Source of the DNA: Gammaproteobacteria bacterium
Lineage (GTDB): Bacteria; Pseudomonadota; Gammaproteobacteria; Natronospirales; REEB76
Assembly: GCA_035277745.1 (NCBI GenBank)
Contig: DATEJV010000090.1
Location: 1-46,325 of the forward strand
Direction of reading: 5' to 3'
DNA length: 46,325 nucleotides
Positions 12,944 to 23,043 of the stretch are shown here, piece after piece. The notes below the pieces were generated by a model that searched no databases, was not told where the DNA came from, and saw only the letters and a program-made list of their open reading frames with translations. The first letter of the stretch is position 1. Each line of letters opens with the position of its first letter. The position numbers and the translations under genes were made by a program.

Positions 12944-13835
12944 TTGGACGAACCTCGTTGGTAGTTGCGCAGGTTCCTGGTGATCCACCGCTGGAGCCCA
13001 GACCAGCCGCCACGCACGGCGGACTGCAGACCTGCGAGCCATCCATGGCGACAGCGCCAGCTCGGCGTTCCTGCCTCGCGTTTGTCGTGGCGGGAGTGCC
13101 ACCGGCACTCCCGCAAAAACCCACGGCAAACCCATTGGTGTAGCGCATGTCCACATAGGCCACGTTCGGCAACTGACTCGCCAGCGTCGGCAAAGCCACG
13201 CTGACAAACCGTTCAAGCCGCAGCTCGGCGTTTTCGCGACCGAGGCGCACCTCCAGGCCATCGTCCAACCGCAGGTTGGCATCGCCGCGCGCATCCACAC
13301 TGAGTTGCCGTAAAACCAGGGCGTGTGGCGCGAGCAACGCGACGAAGGTGCGGTACTCGGCGAGCAAATCCGCTTCGCTGCCCTGCGGGCCATTCAGCAC
13401 CGGCAACTGGGCCCAGGCGGCGTCATCGGAGTGCACGAACACGCGGCCCCCGGCATCCATCAGCCCGCTGCCATTCCAGCGCACCACCGGCTGCTCTTCG
13501 GTGACTTCCACGTACAGCGTGTGCGGCCAACTGCGGCGCACTGCGGCGCTCGCCACCCACGGCAGCGCCGCAACCGCCGTGCGTACCGCGTCCACATGCG
13601 TGGTGAAGAATCCGCTGCCCAGCGCCGAGCGCACCGCGCCCTGCACCGCCAGCGGCGGCACATGCTCGAGCCTGCCGGTAATCACCAATTGCGTGAGCGC
13701 AGGCCCGGCCAACAGCGGCGACGCATAATGCACGGTCGAGGCGATTCCCGCGGCCAGCAACAACCCGAGGAGGCCGCCGCCGATCACCTGTCCCCGCGTG
13801 ACGTGCAGGCCGATGCGGGAAATGCGCGTATTCAT
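12936..13835 (-). CDS. ftsQ: Cell division protein FtsQ (POTRA) with an unusual ~59-aa C-terminal tail
   Basis: N-terminal TM segment, POTRA region and the conserved ...[16 protein letters not shown] block. An ATGA overlap with the murC stop gives the start, and an 8-nt overlap with the ftsA start gives the end. Confidence 0.85.
   Translation of the reverse strand: MNTRISRIGLHVTRGQVIGGGLLGLLLAAGIASTVHYASPLLAGPALTQLVITGRLEHVPPLAVQGAVRSALGSGFFTTHVDAVRTAVAALPWVASAAVRRSWPHTLYVEVTEEQPVVRWNGSGLMDAGGRVFVHSDDAAWAQLPVLNGPQGSEADLLAEYRTFVALLAPHALVLRQLSVDARGDANLRLDDGLEVRLGRENAELRLERFVSVALPTLASQLPNVAYVDMRYTNGFAVGFCGSAGGTPATTNARQERRAGAVAMDGSQVCSPPCVAAGLGSSGGSPGTCATTNEVRPNG
13038..13127 (+). repeat. REP-like two-hairpin element, copy inside the ftsQ 3' coding region
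   Basis: Hairpin 1 is GCCAT-CC-ATGGC (13038-13049). Hairpin 2 is GCGGGAGTGCC-ACC-GGCACTCCCGC (13090-13114), followed by AAAAACCCACGGC. It matches the copies at 16389-16443 and 42695-42749. Confidence 0.7.
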
Positions 13836-15271
13836 GAGTGCGCCTCCTGGTCGGATACGACAGGCGCGTGCGCGGCCGCCAGATGCTGCGGCAACTCGGC
13901 CGCCATCGCGCCGATGTCGCCGGCACCCAGCGTAAGCAGCAGATCGCCGTCGCGCAGCACGCCCGCGAGTGCCTGCGGCAAATCCCGGGTATGCAGCACG
14001 AACACCGGATCCACGCGCCCGCGGTTGCGGATGGAGCGCGCCAGCGCACGTGCATCCGCGCCGGCAATCGGCGCTTCGCCTGCGGCGTACACCTCGAGCA
14101 ACACCAGGGCGTCCACCTGCGACAGCACTTCGGCGAAGTCCTCGAACAGGTCGCGCGTGCGGCTGTAGCGGTGCGGCTGGAAGGCCACCACCAACCGTCG
14201 TTCCGGCCAGCCTTCACGCGCCGCCTGAATCGTGACCGCGAGTTCACGCGGATGGTGGCCGTAATCGTCCACCAGCAATACCCGGCCGACGGGAGTGGCG
14301 AGTTCACCGTGTATCTGGAAGCGCCGGCCTACGCCCTGAAAACCGGCGAGCGCTTTGAGCACCGCATCGTCGTTCACGCCCAAATCCTGCGCCACCACCA
14401 TGGCGGCCAGGGCATTCAATACGTTGTGGCGGCCGGCCAGGTTCAGGGTGACCTCCAGCGGCGCACGCTGACCGGGCCGCCATGCCTTGAAATGCGTCTT
14501 GCGGCCATCGCGGCGAATCTCGCCGGCGCGGAAATCCGCGCTATCGGCGGTGCCGTAAGTGAGCATCGGGCGCGCCACTTGCGGCAACACCTCGCGCAGT
14601 TCGGCATCGTCCAGACACAGCACCGCGAGGCCGTAAAACGGCAGGTGGTGCAGAAACTCCACGAACGTGGCGCGCAGCCGGCTGAAATCGCCCTGATAGG
14701 TGCCGAGGTGGTCGGCGTCGATATTCGTGACCACGGCAATCAGCGGCTGCAAGTGCAGGAACGAGGCGTCGCTTTCGTCGGCCTCGGCCACCAGATATCG
14801 CCCGGTGCCGAGATGCGCGTGGCTACCGGCGCTGATGAGCCGGCCGCCGATCACGAAGGTGGGATCCAGCCCGCCCTCGGAGAGCACGCTCGCCACCAGA
14901 CTGGTGGTGGTGGTCTTGCCGTGGGTGCCGGCCACGGCGATGCCGGAGCGGAAACGCATGAGTTCGGCCAGCATCTCCGCGCGCTGCACCACCGGCGTGC
15001 GCCGCGCGTGCGCCGCCGCCACTTCCACGTTGTCCTCGCGCACCGCGCTCGAAACCACCACCACATCCGCATCCCCGAGATTCTCGGCGCGGTGCCCCAG
15101 CAGCACGCGCACCCCCAAGCCGGCAAGACGCCGGGTGACGGCGTTCACGCGCAGATCCGAGCCGCTCACCTGATAGCCGAGATTCAGCAGCACTTCGGCG
15201 ATACCGCCCATGCCGGCGCCGCCGATGCCGACCAGATGGATGCGGCGGATGCGGCGCATGAGTTCGTTCAC
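13832..15271 (-). CDS. murC: UDP-N-acetylmuramate--L-alanine ligase
   Basis: Carries [34 protein letters not shown] and the Mur ligase GTHGKTTTT motif. The GTG start at 15271 overlaps the murG stop (GTGA). Confidence 0.95.
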   Translation of the reverse strand: MNELMRRIRRIHLVGIGGAGMGGIAEVLLNLGYQVSGSDLRVNAVTRRLAGLGVRVLLGHRAENLGDADVVVVSSAVREDNVEVAAAHARRTPVVQRAEMLAELMRFRSGIAVAGTHGKTTTTSLVASVLSEGGLDPTFVIGGRLISAGSHAHLGTGRYLVAEADESDASFLHLQPLIAVVTNIDADHLGTYQGDFSRLRATFVEFLHHLPFYGLAVLCLDDAELREVLPQVARPMLTYGTADSADFRAGEIRRDGRKTHFKAWRPGQRAPLEVTLNLAGRHNVLNALAAMVVAQDLGVNDDAVLKALAGFQGVGRRFQIHGELATPVGRVLLVDDYGHHPRELAVTIQAAREGWPERRLVVAFQPHRYSRTRDLFEDFAEVLSQVDALVLLEVYAAGEAPIAGADARALARSIRNRGRVDPVFVLHTRDLPQALAGVLRDGDLLLTLGAGDIGAMAAELPQHLAAAHAPVVSDQEAHS

Positions 15272-16344
15272 GACGCGCCTCCCGCCTGCAGGCAGGCTTC
15301 GGCCACCTTGAGCGCGGCCTGCGGTCTGGCGAGCGCGCGCGCGCGTTGCGCCATGGCCAGAAGGATTTTCCGATCCTCACCCAGGCGTTGCAGTTCGGCC
15401 TGCAGACTCGCAGCGGAGAGCGCCGCTTGCGGCAGCAGTTCGGCCGCAGCGGCGCGCACCAGGAATTGCGCATTGCGCGTCTGGTGGTCATCCACCGCCG
15501 CCGCGAACGGCACCAGCACCGCGCCCAGTCCGGCCGCGGCGAGTTCCGCAATCGTGAGCGCACCGGCGCGGCACACCGCGAGATCCGCCCAGCCATAGGC
15601 CGCGGCCATGTCCTCGATGAACGGCGTGACGCGCGCCTCGACGCCATGTTCGCGGTACGCGGCAGTCACCGCCTCCGCATCGCGTGCACCGGTTTGATGC
15701 CAGACTTCCGGACGCGGCCGTGCTTGCCATTGGGCAATCGCCGCCGGCACGATTTGATTCAGGACCTGCGCTCCCTGGCTACCGCCGATCACCAGCACCC
15801 GCAGGGCGCCAATGCGGCCGGCGAAGCGCAGCTCCGGCACAGGCAAGGCGGCAATCGCGCTGCGCACCGGATTGCCGATGAATTCGGCACGGCGTGCGGC
15901 GCTGAAACTGCCGGGAAACCCTTCGAGCACGCGCCGCGCCAAATGGCTGAGTGCGCGGTTGGTAACGCCCGGCACGGCGTTCTGCTCGTGCAGCACCAGC
16001 GGACAGCCGCTCAGGCGCGCCGCCAAACCGCCCGGCCCGCTCGCGAATCCGCCCATGCCGAGCGCCGCCGCCGGCCGCAGCCGCCGGAAAATCCGCCGCG
16101 CCTGCTGCACCGCACGTGCCACGCGCCACGGCGACATCAACAGGGTCCTCCAACCCTTGCCGCGCAGACCGCCGACGTCAATCCATTCCACGGGAATGCC
16201 GGTCGCGGGCACCACGCGCGCTTCCAATCCGGCGCGCGTGCCGATCCAGACAACTTCATGGCCACGCGCGCGCAACACGTCGGCTACCGCCAATGCGGGG
16301 AAGACATGGCCGCCTGTGCCGCCTGCCATAATCACGATCTTCAT
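15268..16344 (-). CDS. murG: Lipid II glycosyltransferase MurG
   Basis: ATG at 16344, preceded by GAGAGG, gives [21 protein letters not shown], the canonical MurG N-terminus. The ORF-track start at 16524 would add 60 aa translated through a REP element. Confidence 0.9.
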   Translation of the reverse strand: MKIVIMAGGTGGHVFPALAVADVLRARGHEVVWIGTRAGLEARVVPATGIPVEWIDVGGLRGKGWRTLLMSPWRVARAVQQARRIFRRLRPAAALGMGGFASGPGGLAARLSGCPLVLHEQNAVPGVTNRALSHLARRVLEGFPGSFSAARRAEFIGNPVRSAIAALPVPELRFAGRIGALRVLVIGGSQGAQVLNQIVPAAIAQWQARPRPEVWHQTGARDAEAVTAAYREHGVEARVTPFIEDMAAAYGWADLAVCRAGALTIAELAAAGLGAVLVPFAAAVDDHQTRNAQFLVRAAAAELLPQAALSAASLQAELQRLGEDRKILLAMAQRARALARPQAALKVAEACLQAGGAS

Positions 16345-16388
16345 GGACCTCTCGTTGTGCATGGACCCATCCATGGTGCGTTCACCAG

Positions 16389-16443
16389 CCGGTACATCCA
16401 TGTACCGGCGCTCGGCCGGAGCGGAATGCCACCGGCATTCCGC
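16389..16443 (+). repeat. REP-like two-hairpin element in the ftsW-murG spacer
   Basis: Hairpin 1 is CCGGTACAT-CC-ATGTACCGG (16389-16408). Hairpin 2 is GCGGAATGCC-ACC-GGCATTCCGC (16421-16443). The same hairpin core occurs at 42727-42749. Confidence 0.75.
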
Positions 16444-16551
16444 TGAATACCCCGGCCTCGCCCACCAGCCATGATTACAACCTTCATATCTCCAACTCTG
16501 CCCGCAGAATCTTCCCAGGTGCACGCACCGGCCTCTCTGCTGCGCGGTATT

Positions 16552-17715
16552 TCATGCGGGCACGCTGCGTTCCAGCCAGTTGCGGCTGGAGCGCGTTTCC
16601 GTGTTCACGCGCAGAATCAAACCGATGGCCGCACAGATCACGATCAGGCTGCTGCCGCCATAACTCATGAGCGGCAGCGTCAGGCCCTTGGTGGGCAATG
16701 CGCCCATGTTCACGCCCATGTTGATGAACGCCTGCAGGCCGATCCACAGGCCCAGGCCGAAGGCGAGTTGCGCACCGAACAGTTGGCCGGCGCGCGCCGC
16801 CCGGCGTGCGATCACCACCGCGCGCCAGGTGAACACGAAGTACAACGCGATCACCGCCATACAGCCCAGCAGCCCGAGTTCCTCGGCCAGCACCGCGAAC
16901 AGGAAATCGGTGTGCGCCTCCGGCAGGTAGAACAGCTTCTGCACGCTCTCGCCCAGGCCCACGCCGAAGAAACCGCCGCGCCCGATGGCAATCAGCGAAT
17001 TGGTGAGCTGGAAGCCGCTGTCGAACGGATGGCTCCAGGGATGCAGAAAGCCGGTGAGACGTTCCAGCCGGTACGGCGAAGCCACGGCCAGTACCACGAA
17101 ACCCAGCACGCCCAGCACCGCGAGGCCGGTGAAATCGCGCAGGCGCGCGCCGCCGAAGAACAGCATGGCCATGGCCGTGGCGATCAGCACCATGGCGGCG
17201 CCGAAATCCGGCTCCATCAGGAGCAGCAGCGCCGCCAGGCCCACCACCAGCATGGGCTTGAGCGAGCCGCTGAAGCGCTCCGCGAGTTCCGCCTGCCGGC
17301 GCACCACGTAGCCGGCTATATATATGAGTATCAGCAGGCGTGCCGGCTCCGACACCTGCAGGCGGAACGGCCCGAGATCGAGCCAGCGGATGCTGCCGTT
17401 GACGTAGCGGCCGATGCCCGGGATCAGCACCACCGCGAGCATCGCCAGCGCCAGCATCAACAGCGGGAAAGTACCGCGCAACCACCAGCTGAGCGGCACG
17501 TGGTAAACCACGGCCGCCACGCACAGGCCCGCAACTGCGTAGGCCAACTGGCGCTCGAGGAAATAAAACGGGTTACCGGTGGCCTTCTCGGCCAAGGTGA
17601 TCGAGGCCGAGGCCACCATCACCAGTCCCAGGCCGAGAATCACCGCCGCCGTCACCCACAGCACACGGTCGGGCGCGGGCATGCGGCGGCCGGCGATGGC
17701 GCGTGCCTCAGTCAT
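16552..17715 (-). CDS. ftsW: Peptidoglycan glycosyltransferase FtsW (SEDS family)
   Basis: 387-aa polytopic membrane protein in the dcw position between murD and murG. It overlaps the murD end by 8 nt. Confidence 0.9.
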   Translation of the reverse strand: MTEARAIAGRRMPAPDRVLWVTAAVILGLGLVMVASASITLAEKATGNPFYFLERQLAYAVAGLCVAAVVYHVPLSWWLRGTFPLLMLALAMLAVVLIPGIGRYVNGSIRWLDLGPFRLQVSEPARLLILIYIAGYVVRRQAELAERFSGSLKPMLVVGLAALLLLMEPDFGAAMVLIATAMAMLFFGGARLRDFTGLAVLGVLGFVVLAVASPYRLERLTGFLHPWSHPFDSGFQLTNSLIAIGRGGFFGVGLGESVQKLFYLPEAHTDFLFAVLAEELGLLGCMAVIALYFVFTWRAVVIARRAARAGQLFGAQLAFGLGLWIGLQAFINMGVNMGALPTKGLTLPLMSYGGSSLIVICAAIGLILRVNTETRSSRNWLERSVPA

Positions 17716-19051
17716 CGCCCAGCCTCCTCACGGCCTCGGCAAACACGCGGCCGCGGTGCTCGAAATTGTCGAACATGTCGAGACTCGAACAGGCCGGCGA
17801 CAGCAGCACCCAGTCGCCCGGCTGCGCGCGCGCGGCGGCCTGCGCCACGGCGGCCTCCATGTCCTTGACGCGTACGCTCGGCACGCGTCCGGCAAGTGCT
17901 TGTTCAATGACCCCGGCATCTTTGCCGAGCAGCACCACGGCCCTTGCCTTGCCGGCCAGCGCCCGCGCGAGCGGCGCGAAGTCCTGGTGCTTGCCGTCAC
18001 CACCCGCGATCAGCACCAGCGGCTGACTGGCGCCGGCGACCGCGGCCAGGGTCGCGCCCACGTTGGTGCCCTTGGAATCGTCGTAATACGCGACGCCGCG
18101 GCGCGTGCCGAGGTACTGCATGCGGTGCGGCAGGCCGGCGAACTCCCTGAGCGCCGCCAGCATCGCGGGCCGCGGCAGGCCGGCGGCTTCACCGAGCGCC
18201 AGCGCCGCAAGCGCATTGGCGACATTGTGTGTGCCGCGGATGCGCAGCTCGGAAACCGCCAGCAGCCTTTCGGCACCGCGCGCCAGCCAAGTTACATCGC
18301 CGTGCCCGATCAATCCGTAATGCGCGTCCCGCGGCGCGTCCAGACCGAAGCTGATTTGTTTCTGTTCCGCCTGCGGCATGCGGCGCACCTGCGCATCCTC
18401 ACGGTTGATGACCGCGGTTCCGCAGTGCCGGAAAATGCGCGCCTTGGCGGCGGCATAGTCGGCAACGCTCGCGTAGCGGTCCATGTGATCCGGCGAAACG
18501 TTGAGCACCGTAGCCGCGACGCAACGCAAGGACTCGGTGACCTCCAACTGGAAACTCGACAGCTCCAGCACGTAGAGCGCGGGTTCGCTGGCGCGGATCA
18601 AATCCAGCGCGGGCGTGCCCAGATTGCCGCCCACGCGCGCCTCGATCCCGGCACGCTCCGCCATCCGGCCCACAAGCGTGGTCACGGTACTCTTGCCGTT
18701 GGAACCGGTGATGCCCACCACCGGGGCACGCACCGTGCGCGCAAACAACTCGATGTCCCCGAATACCGGCAGGCCGCGGGCGCGTGCCGCCTCGAGAAAC
18801 GGCACGTGAGCCGCCACTCCCGGCGACACCAGCACCTGTTCGGCGCCCGCCAGTGCCTGCTCGGAGAATCCGCCCACGAACACCGCCGCCTGCGGCACCA
18901 GCTCGCGCAGCTGCGCCAGCGCCGGCGGCCGTGTACGGCTGTCGGTCACCGCCACTTCCGCGCCGCGCGCGGCCAGGAAGCGCACGCACGACAGCCCGGT
19001 GCGGCCGAGCCCCACGACCAAGGTCTTGCTGTGAACGGGCGACGTGCGCAT
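17708..19051 (-). CDS. murD: UDP-N-acetylmuramoylalanine--D-glutamate ligase
   Basis: Carries VVGLGRTGLSCVRFL and the GITGSNGKSTVTT Mur ligase motif. It holds the expected dcw position. Confidence 0.95.
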   Translation of the reverse strand: MRTSPVHSKTLVVGLGRTGLSCVRFLAARGAEVAVTDSRTRPPALAQLRELVPQAAVFVGGFSEQALAGAEQVLVSPGVAAHVPFLEAARARGLPVFGDIELFARTVRAPVVGITGSNGKSTVTTLVGRMAERAGIEARVGGNLGTPALDLIRASEPALYVLELSSFQLEVTESLRCVAATVLNVSPDHMDRYASVADYAAAKARIFRHCGTAVINREDAQVRRMPQAEQKQISFGLDAPRDAHYGLIGHGDVTWLARGAERLLAVSELRIRGTHNVANALAALALGEAAGLPRPAMLAALREFAGLPHRMQYLGTRRGVAYYDDSKGTNVGATLAAVAGASQPLVLIAGGDGKHQDFAPLARALAGKARAVVLLGKDAGVIEQALAGRVPSVRVKDMEAAVAQAAARAQPGDWVLLSPACSSLDMFDNFEHRGRVFAEAVRRLGDD

Positions 19052-19061
19052 GCGCGGCTCC

Positions 19062-20144
19062 CTAACGCACCTTGAGTGTGGACAAACCGATGAGCACCAG
19101 GATCACGGTCAGCACCCAGAAGCGCACGATCACGCGCGGCTCCGGCCAGCCTTTGAGCTCGAAGTGATGGTGCAGCGGCGCCATGCGGAACAGGCGCTTG
19201 CCGGTGAGCTTGAAGGAGCCGACCTGGAGAATCACCGAGGCGGTCTCCATGACAAACACCCCGCCCATGATGAACAGCACGATTTCCTGACGCACGATCA
19301 CGCCCAGCGTGCCGAGCGCCGCGCCCAGGGCCAGCGCTCCCACGTCGCCCATGAACACCTGCGCCGGATAGGCGTTGAACCACAGGAATCCGAGGCCCGC
19401 GCCCACGAGCGCGCCGCAGTACACCACGACTTCGCCGGCGCCCGGCAGGTAGGGAATCGTGAGGTAATGGGCAAACACGAAATTGCCGGCTGCGTAGCCG
19501 AAGATGCCGAGCGCGCCGGCCACCATCACCGCCGGCATGATGGCCAGACCGTCGAGCCCGTCGGTGAGATTCACGGCATTGCTCATGCCGACCACCACGA
19601 ACCAGGTAATCAGGATGAAGAATCCGCCGAAGCTCACCGACACGTGCTTGAGCAGCGGCACGATGTAGGCAATCTCGGCCACATTGCGATGCCCGAGATA
19701 CAGGGCCACCGCGGCCGCCAGGCCCAGCAGCGACTGCAACAGGAATTTATGCGCCGGCTTCAGGCCGCGCGTGTCACGCAGCACCAGCTTCCTGTAGTCA
19801 TCGGCAAAACCGATGAGCCCGAAACCCACGGTCACGCCGATCAGGATCCACACGTAGCGATTGCGCAGGTCCGACCACAACAGCGTGGTGATGATGATGG
19901 TCACCAGTATCAACGTGCCGCCCATGGTGGGCGTGCCGGCTTTCGTGAGATGCGATTGCGGCCCGTCGTCGCGCACCTGCTGGCCGATCTGGCGCAGGCT
20001 CAGGCGCCGGATCATGGCCGGGCCGGTGACAAACGACAGCACCAGCGCGGTAAGCACGCCCAATATGGCGCGGAACGTGAGATAGGAAAAGACATTGAAT
20101 ACCGAGTGGTGGCGCGTCAGGTATTCGGTGAGCATCAGCAGCAT
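19062..20144 (-). CDS. mraY: Phospho-N-acetylmuramoyl-pentapeptide transferase
   Basis: 360 aa beginning MLLMLTEYL. Carries the GTPTMGG and [13 protein letters not shown] motifs. Confidence 0.95.
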   Translation of the reverse strand: MLLMLTEYLTRHHSVFNVFSYLTFRAILGVLTALVLSFVTGPAMIRRLSLRQIGQQVRDDGPQSHLTKAGTPTMGGTLILVTIIITTLLWSDLRNRYVWILIGVTVGFGLIGFADDYRKLVLRDTRGLKPAHKFLLQSLLGLAAAVALYLGHRNVAEIAYIVPLLKHVSVSFGGFFILITWFVVVGMSNAVNLTDGLDGLAIMPAVMVAGALGIFGYAAGNFVFAHYLTIPYLPGAGEVVVYCGALVGAGLGFLWFNAYPAQVFMGDVGALALGAALGTLGVIVRQEIVLFIMGGVFVMETASVILQVGSFKLTGKRLFRMAPLHHHFELKGWPEPRVIVRFWVLTVILVLIGLSTLKVR

Positions 20145-20149
20145 GGATG

Positions 20150-21532
20150 TCAGCCTCCGCCGGCGGCGCCCGCGAGCGCCGGGGATGCGCGCAGCGCCTC
20201 GACCACGCGCTCCATGCGCATGGCGCGCGAGCCCTTGACGAGCACGGTGATGCCGGCGCGCAGCTCGCCGCGCAGCGCCTGGATGAGCGCTTCGCAGTCC
20301 TCAAAGTGTTCGGCGCCCGCACCGAAATTCCCGCTGGCGTGGCGGCTCAGGTTGCCGCAGGTCCACAGGCGCCGCACGTCGAGGCGCCGCGCTAGTTCGC
20401 CGCACTCCGCGTGCAGCGCGGCCGCGCTGGCACCGAGCTCGCCCATGTCGCCCAACACCAGCCACACCGGATCGCCGAGACTCACGGCGAATTCGACCGC
20501 CGCCTTGAGTGACACGGGATTGGCGTTGTAGCTGTCGTCAACCAGGCGGCCGCCGTGCGCACCGGACAACACGATCAGCCGGCCATGGGTCTGCGGCACA
20601 CGCGCCAGTCCGGCGCTGATCTCGCCGAGGTTTGCGCCGGCCGCCTGCGCCGCGGCCGCGGCGGCCAGTGCATTCATGACGTTGTGGCGCCCCGGCAGGG
20701 ACAGGTGCACCGCCACCGTGTCGTCCGGAGTCTGCAGCGTGAATTCCCATACGCCGCCGGCAAGCTGGCGCAACGAGTCCGCGGCCGGACGAAAGTCCGC
20801 CGCCGCGCTCAGGCCGAAACTGCGCTGCGCACGACGGCCGGCCATCTCGCGCCACAGCGGTGCGAATTCATCCTCGGCATTGATCACGGCGATGCCGCCG
20901 GCAGGCAACCCGGCAAACAATGCGCCTTTCTCCAGCGCCACGCCGCGCACGCTGCCCAGCGCCTCGAGATGCGCGCTCCCGGCATTGGTGACCACCGCCA
21001 CGCTGGCCGCCACCAGCGACGCCAGATAGGCGATTTCGCCGGGATGATTGGTACCCATCTCGATGACCGCGGCGCGATGCTGCGCGTTCAATTCAAGCAG
21101 CGTGAGCGGCACGCCGATGTCGTTGTTCTGGTTGCCGCGCGTGGCCAGGGTCTCGCCGCGCTGGCGCAGGACGCTCGCAATCATCTCCTTGACCGTGGTC
21201 TTGCCGTTGGAGCCGGTGACGCCCACCACGGGAATCCCGAAACCACGCCGCCAATGTGCGGCATAGACGCCAAGCGCGCGCCGCGTATCCGCCACCACGA
21301 TTTGCGGCAGGCGCGCGGTCACCTGTTGTTCGACCAACGCGCCCGCGGCGCCCAGCTGTCCCGCCTGCGCCACAAAGTCGTGGCCGTCGAAATGCGCGCC
21401 GCGCAAGGCCACAAACAGCTCGTCCGCGGCGAGCCTGCGGGTGTCGGCGCTGATGCGCAGAAAATTGCGGTCTGCGCCCAGCAGCCGGCCGGCGGTGGCC
21501 GCGGCCACTTCCGAAAGCCGCGGCGCGTTCAT
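20150..21532 (-). CDS. murF: UDP-MurNAc-tripeptide--D-alanyl-D-alanine ligase
   Basis: Mur ligase with [14 protein letters not shown], positioned between murE and mraY. An ATGA overlap with the murE stop marks the start. Confidence 0.9.
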   Translation of the reverse strand: MNAPRLSEVAAATAGRLLGADRNFLRISADTRRLAADELFVALRGAHFDGHDFVAQAGQLGAAGALVEQQVTARLPQIVVADTRRALGVYAAHWRRGFGIPVVGVTGSNGKTTVKEMIASVLRQRGETLATRGNQNNDIGVPLTLLELNAQHRAAVIEMGTNHPGEIAYLASLVAASVAVVTNAGSAHLEALGSVRGVALEKGALFAGLPAGGIAVINAEDEFAPLWREMAGRRAQRSFGLSAAADFRPAADSLRQLAGGVWEFTLQTPDDTVAVHLSLPGRHNVMNALAAAAAAQAAGANLGEISAGLARVPQTHGRLIVLSGAHGGRLVDDSYNANPVSLKAAVEFAVSLGDPVWLVLGDMGELGASAAALHAECGELARRLDVRRLWTCGNLSRHASGNFGAGAEHFEDCEALIQALRGELRAGITVLVKGSRAMRMERVVEALRASPALAGAAGGG

Positions 21533-23043
21533 GCCGGCACCCCGCCCAGCAGTTGCCGCACCGTGTCGCGGTCGCTGTAATCCAGATAGCGGTCGCCGAC
21601 GATCTGATACTGCTCATGTCCCTTGCCGGCCAGCAGCACCACATCGCCGGCACGCGCGGCCTGCAGCGCCTCGGCGAGCGCACGCGCGCGGTCGCGCTGC
21701 ACGCTCACCCGCCGGCGCTGCGTGACACCGTCCAGAATTTCCGCGACGATGGCATCGCCGTCCTCGTGGCGCGGGTTGTCGTCGGTGATGATCACGTGAT
21801 CGGCCAGCTTCTCGGCGAGCGCGCCCATCTGCGGACGCTTGCCGCGATCGCGCTCGCCGCCGCAACCGAACACGCACCAGAGCTGTCCCGTGCAATGCGC
21901 GCGCGCCGCAATCAGGGCTTTTTCCAGTGCATCGGGCGTGTGCGCGTAATCCACCACCACCAGCGGCTGGCGGCCGCCGCCGAAACATTCCATGCGCCCC
22001 GGAACGGTACGTGCCTGATGCAGGGCCGCAAGCGCCTGCGCAAACGGCAGGTCCTCGGACAGCAGCACACCCAGAACCGCCAGCAGGTTTTGCGCATTGA
22101 ATCGCCCGAGCAGACGCGAGCTCACCTGCCCGCTGCCGCTCGCGCCGGCGACATCGAACCGCGTGCCGCCGGCGTTCAACTGGAGTTGCGCGGCTTGCAG
22201 GGTCTGGCCGCGCGCCGCGCGGCGACTCTCCAGGCTGTAGCCAATGAGCGCGACGTCCGGCGACAAACCGGCGGCCAGCTCCCGTCCGAAGGCATCGTCC
22301 AGATTGATGACCGCGTGGCGCAATCCCGGCATCTCGAACAGGCGGCGCTTGGCGGCGCCGTAGGCCTGCATGTCGCCGTGGTAATCCAGATGGTCGCGGG
22401 TAAGATTGGTGAACACCGCGGTACGGAAGTGCACGCCGTTCAGGCGGCCCTGATCGAGCGCATGGCTGGAGGCTTCCAGGCTGACGTGGCGCACGCGCGC
22501 ATCGCGGAAGCGCGCCAGCCAGGCCTGCACGCTCACCGCATCCGGCGTGGTGTGGCGGCCGGTCTGCAGATCGCCGTATACGCCGTAGCCCAGCGTGCCC
22601 AGCAGTCCGCAGGGTTTGCCGAGCTGCGTGAGGGTCTGCGCGCTCAGCAGACTCACCGAGGTCTTGCCGTTGGTGCCGGTGACCGCGATCACGCTTTGCG
22701 CGGCCGAAGGCTCGGCATAAAACCGCGCGGCGATCGGGCCCGCCTGCCGGGCCAGCTCGCGCACCGCGAATGCCGGCAGCCCGTGGAGACCCGGCAGATA
22801 TTGCACCGCACCTTCAGGATCGTAGGCCACCGCGATTGCACCCCGGCGCCGGGCATCGGCCAGGTGTTGCAGGCCATGGTGGTCGTGGCCGCGTACCGCG
22901 AGGAACAGGAAGCCCGGCTGGATCTCGCGGCTGTCCAGCGCCAAACCCTGCAGCGGTTGATCGCGCTCCGGCGCAACCGGAATCACATCCTGCAGCACCG
23001 CTGCGAGCGTCGGGCCGGCGTGTGGGCGCGGTTGCGTCATCAT
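21529..23043 (-). CDS. murE: UDP-MurNAc-L-Ala-D-Glu--meso-diaminopimelate ligase
   Basis: Carries AVTGTNGKTSVS and the DNPR motif (ITDDNPRHED). It holds the expected dcw position. Confidence 0.95.
   Translation of the reverse strand: MMTQPRPHAGPTLAAVLQDVIPVAPERDQPLQGLALDSREIQPGFLFLAVRGHDHHGLQHLADARRRGAIAVAYDPEGAVQYLPGLHGLPAFAVRELARQAGPIAARFYAEPSAAQSVIAVTGTNGKTSVSLLSAQTLTQLGKPCGLLGTLGYGVYGDLQTGRHTTPDAVSVQAWLARFRDARVRHVSLEASSHALDQGRLNGVHFRTAVFTNLTRDHLDYHGDMQAYGAAKRRLFEMPGLRHAVINLDDAFGRELAAGLSPDVALIGYSLESRRAARGQTLQAAQLQLNAGGTRFDVAGASGSGQVSSRLLGRFNAQNLLAVLGVLLSEDLPFAQALAALHQARTVPGRMECFGGGRQPLVVVDYAHTPDALEKALIAARAHCTGQLWCVFGCGGERDRGKRPQMGALAEKLADHVIITDDNPRHEDGDAIVAEILDGVTQRRRVSVQRDRARALAEALQAARAGDVVLLAGKGHEQYQIVGDRYLDYSDRDTVRQLLGGVPA

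Noticed and set aside
13832-15271. The possibility that ddl is present as a MurC-Ddl fusion, as in some bacteria.
   Set aside because: MurC is 479 aa with a normal C-terminus, and its stop overlaps the ftsQ start. There is no ATP-grasp domain sequence.
13838-15598. Long plus-strand ORFs antisense to the mur/fts genes. Examples are 13838-15598, 16471-17868, 17579-19075, 19044-20531, 20555-21580, 21553-23172 and 24337-26016.
   Set aside because: Each mirrors a well-supported minus-strand dcw gene. All are Arg/Ala/His/Gly-rich and lack domains, start signals or independent spacing. They are shadow ORFs of GC-rich coding sequence.
15268-16524. Extended N-termini offered by the ORF track: murG to 16524, secA to 7803, ftsA to 13393, rsmH to 26067, obg to 36724, fabB to 34810, lpoA from 28906, ispB from 37449 and pilD from 1351.
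   Set aside because: In each case an internal start reproduces the canonical family N-terminus and gives the usual overlap or short spacing with the upstream gene. The extensions overlap neighbouring genes or non-coding elements.
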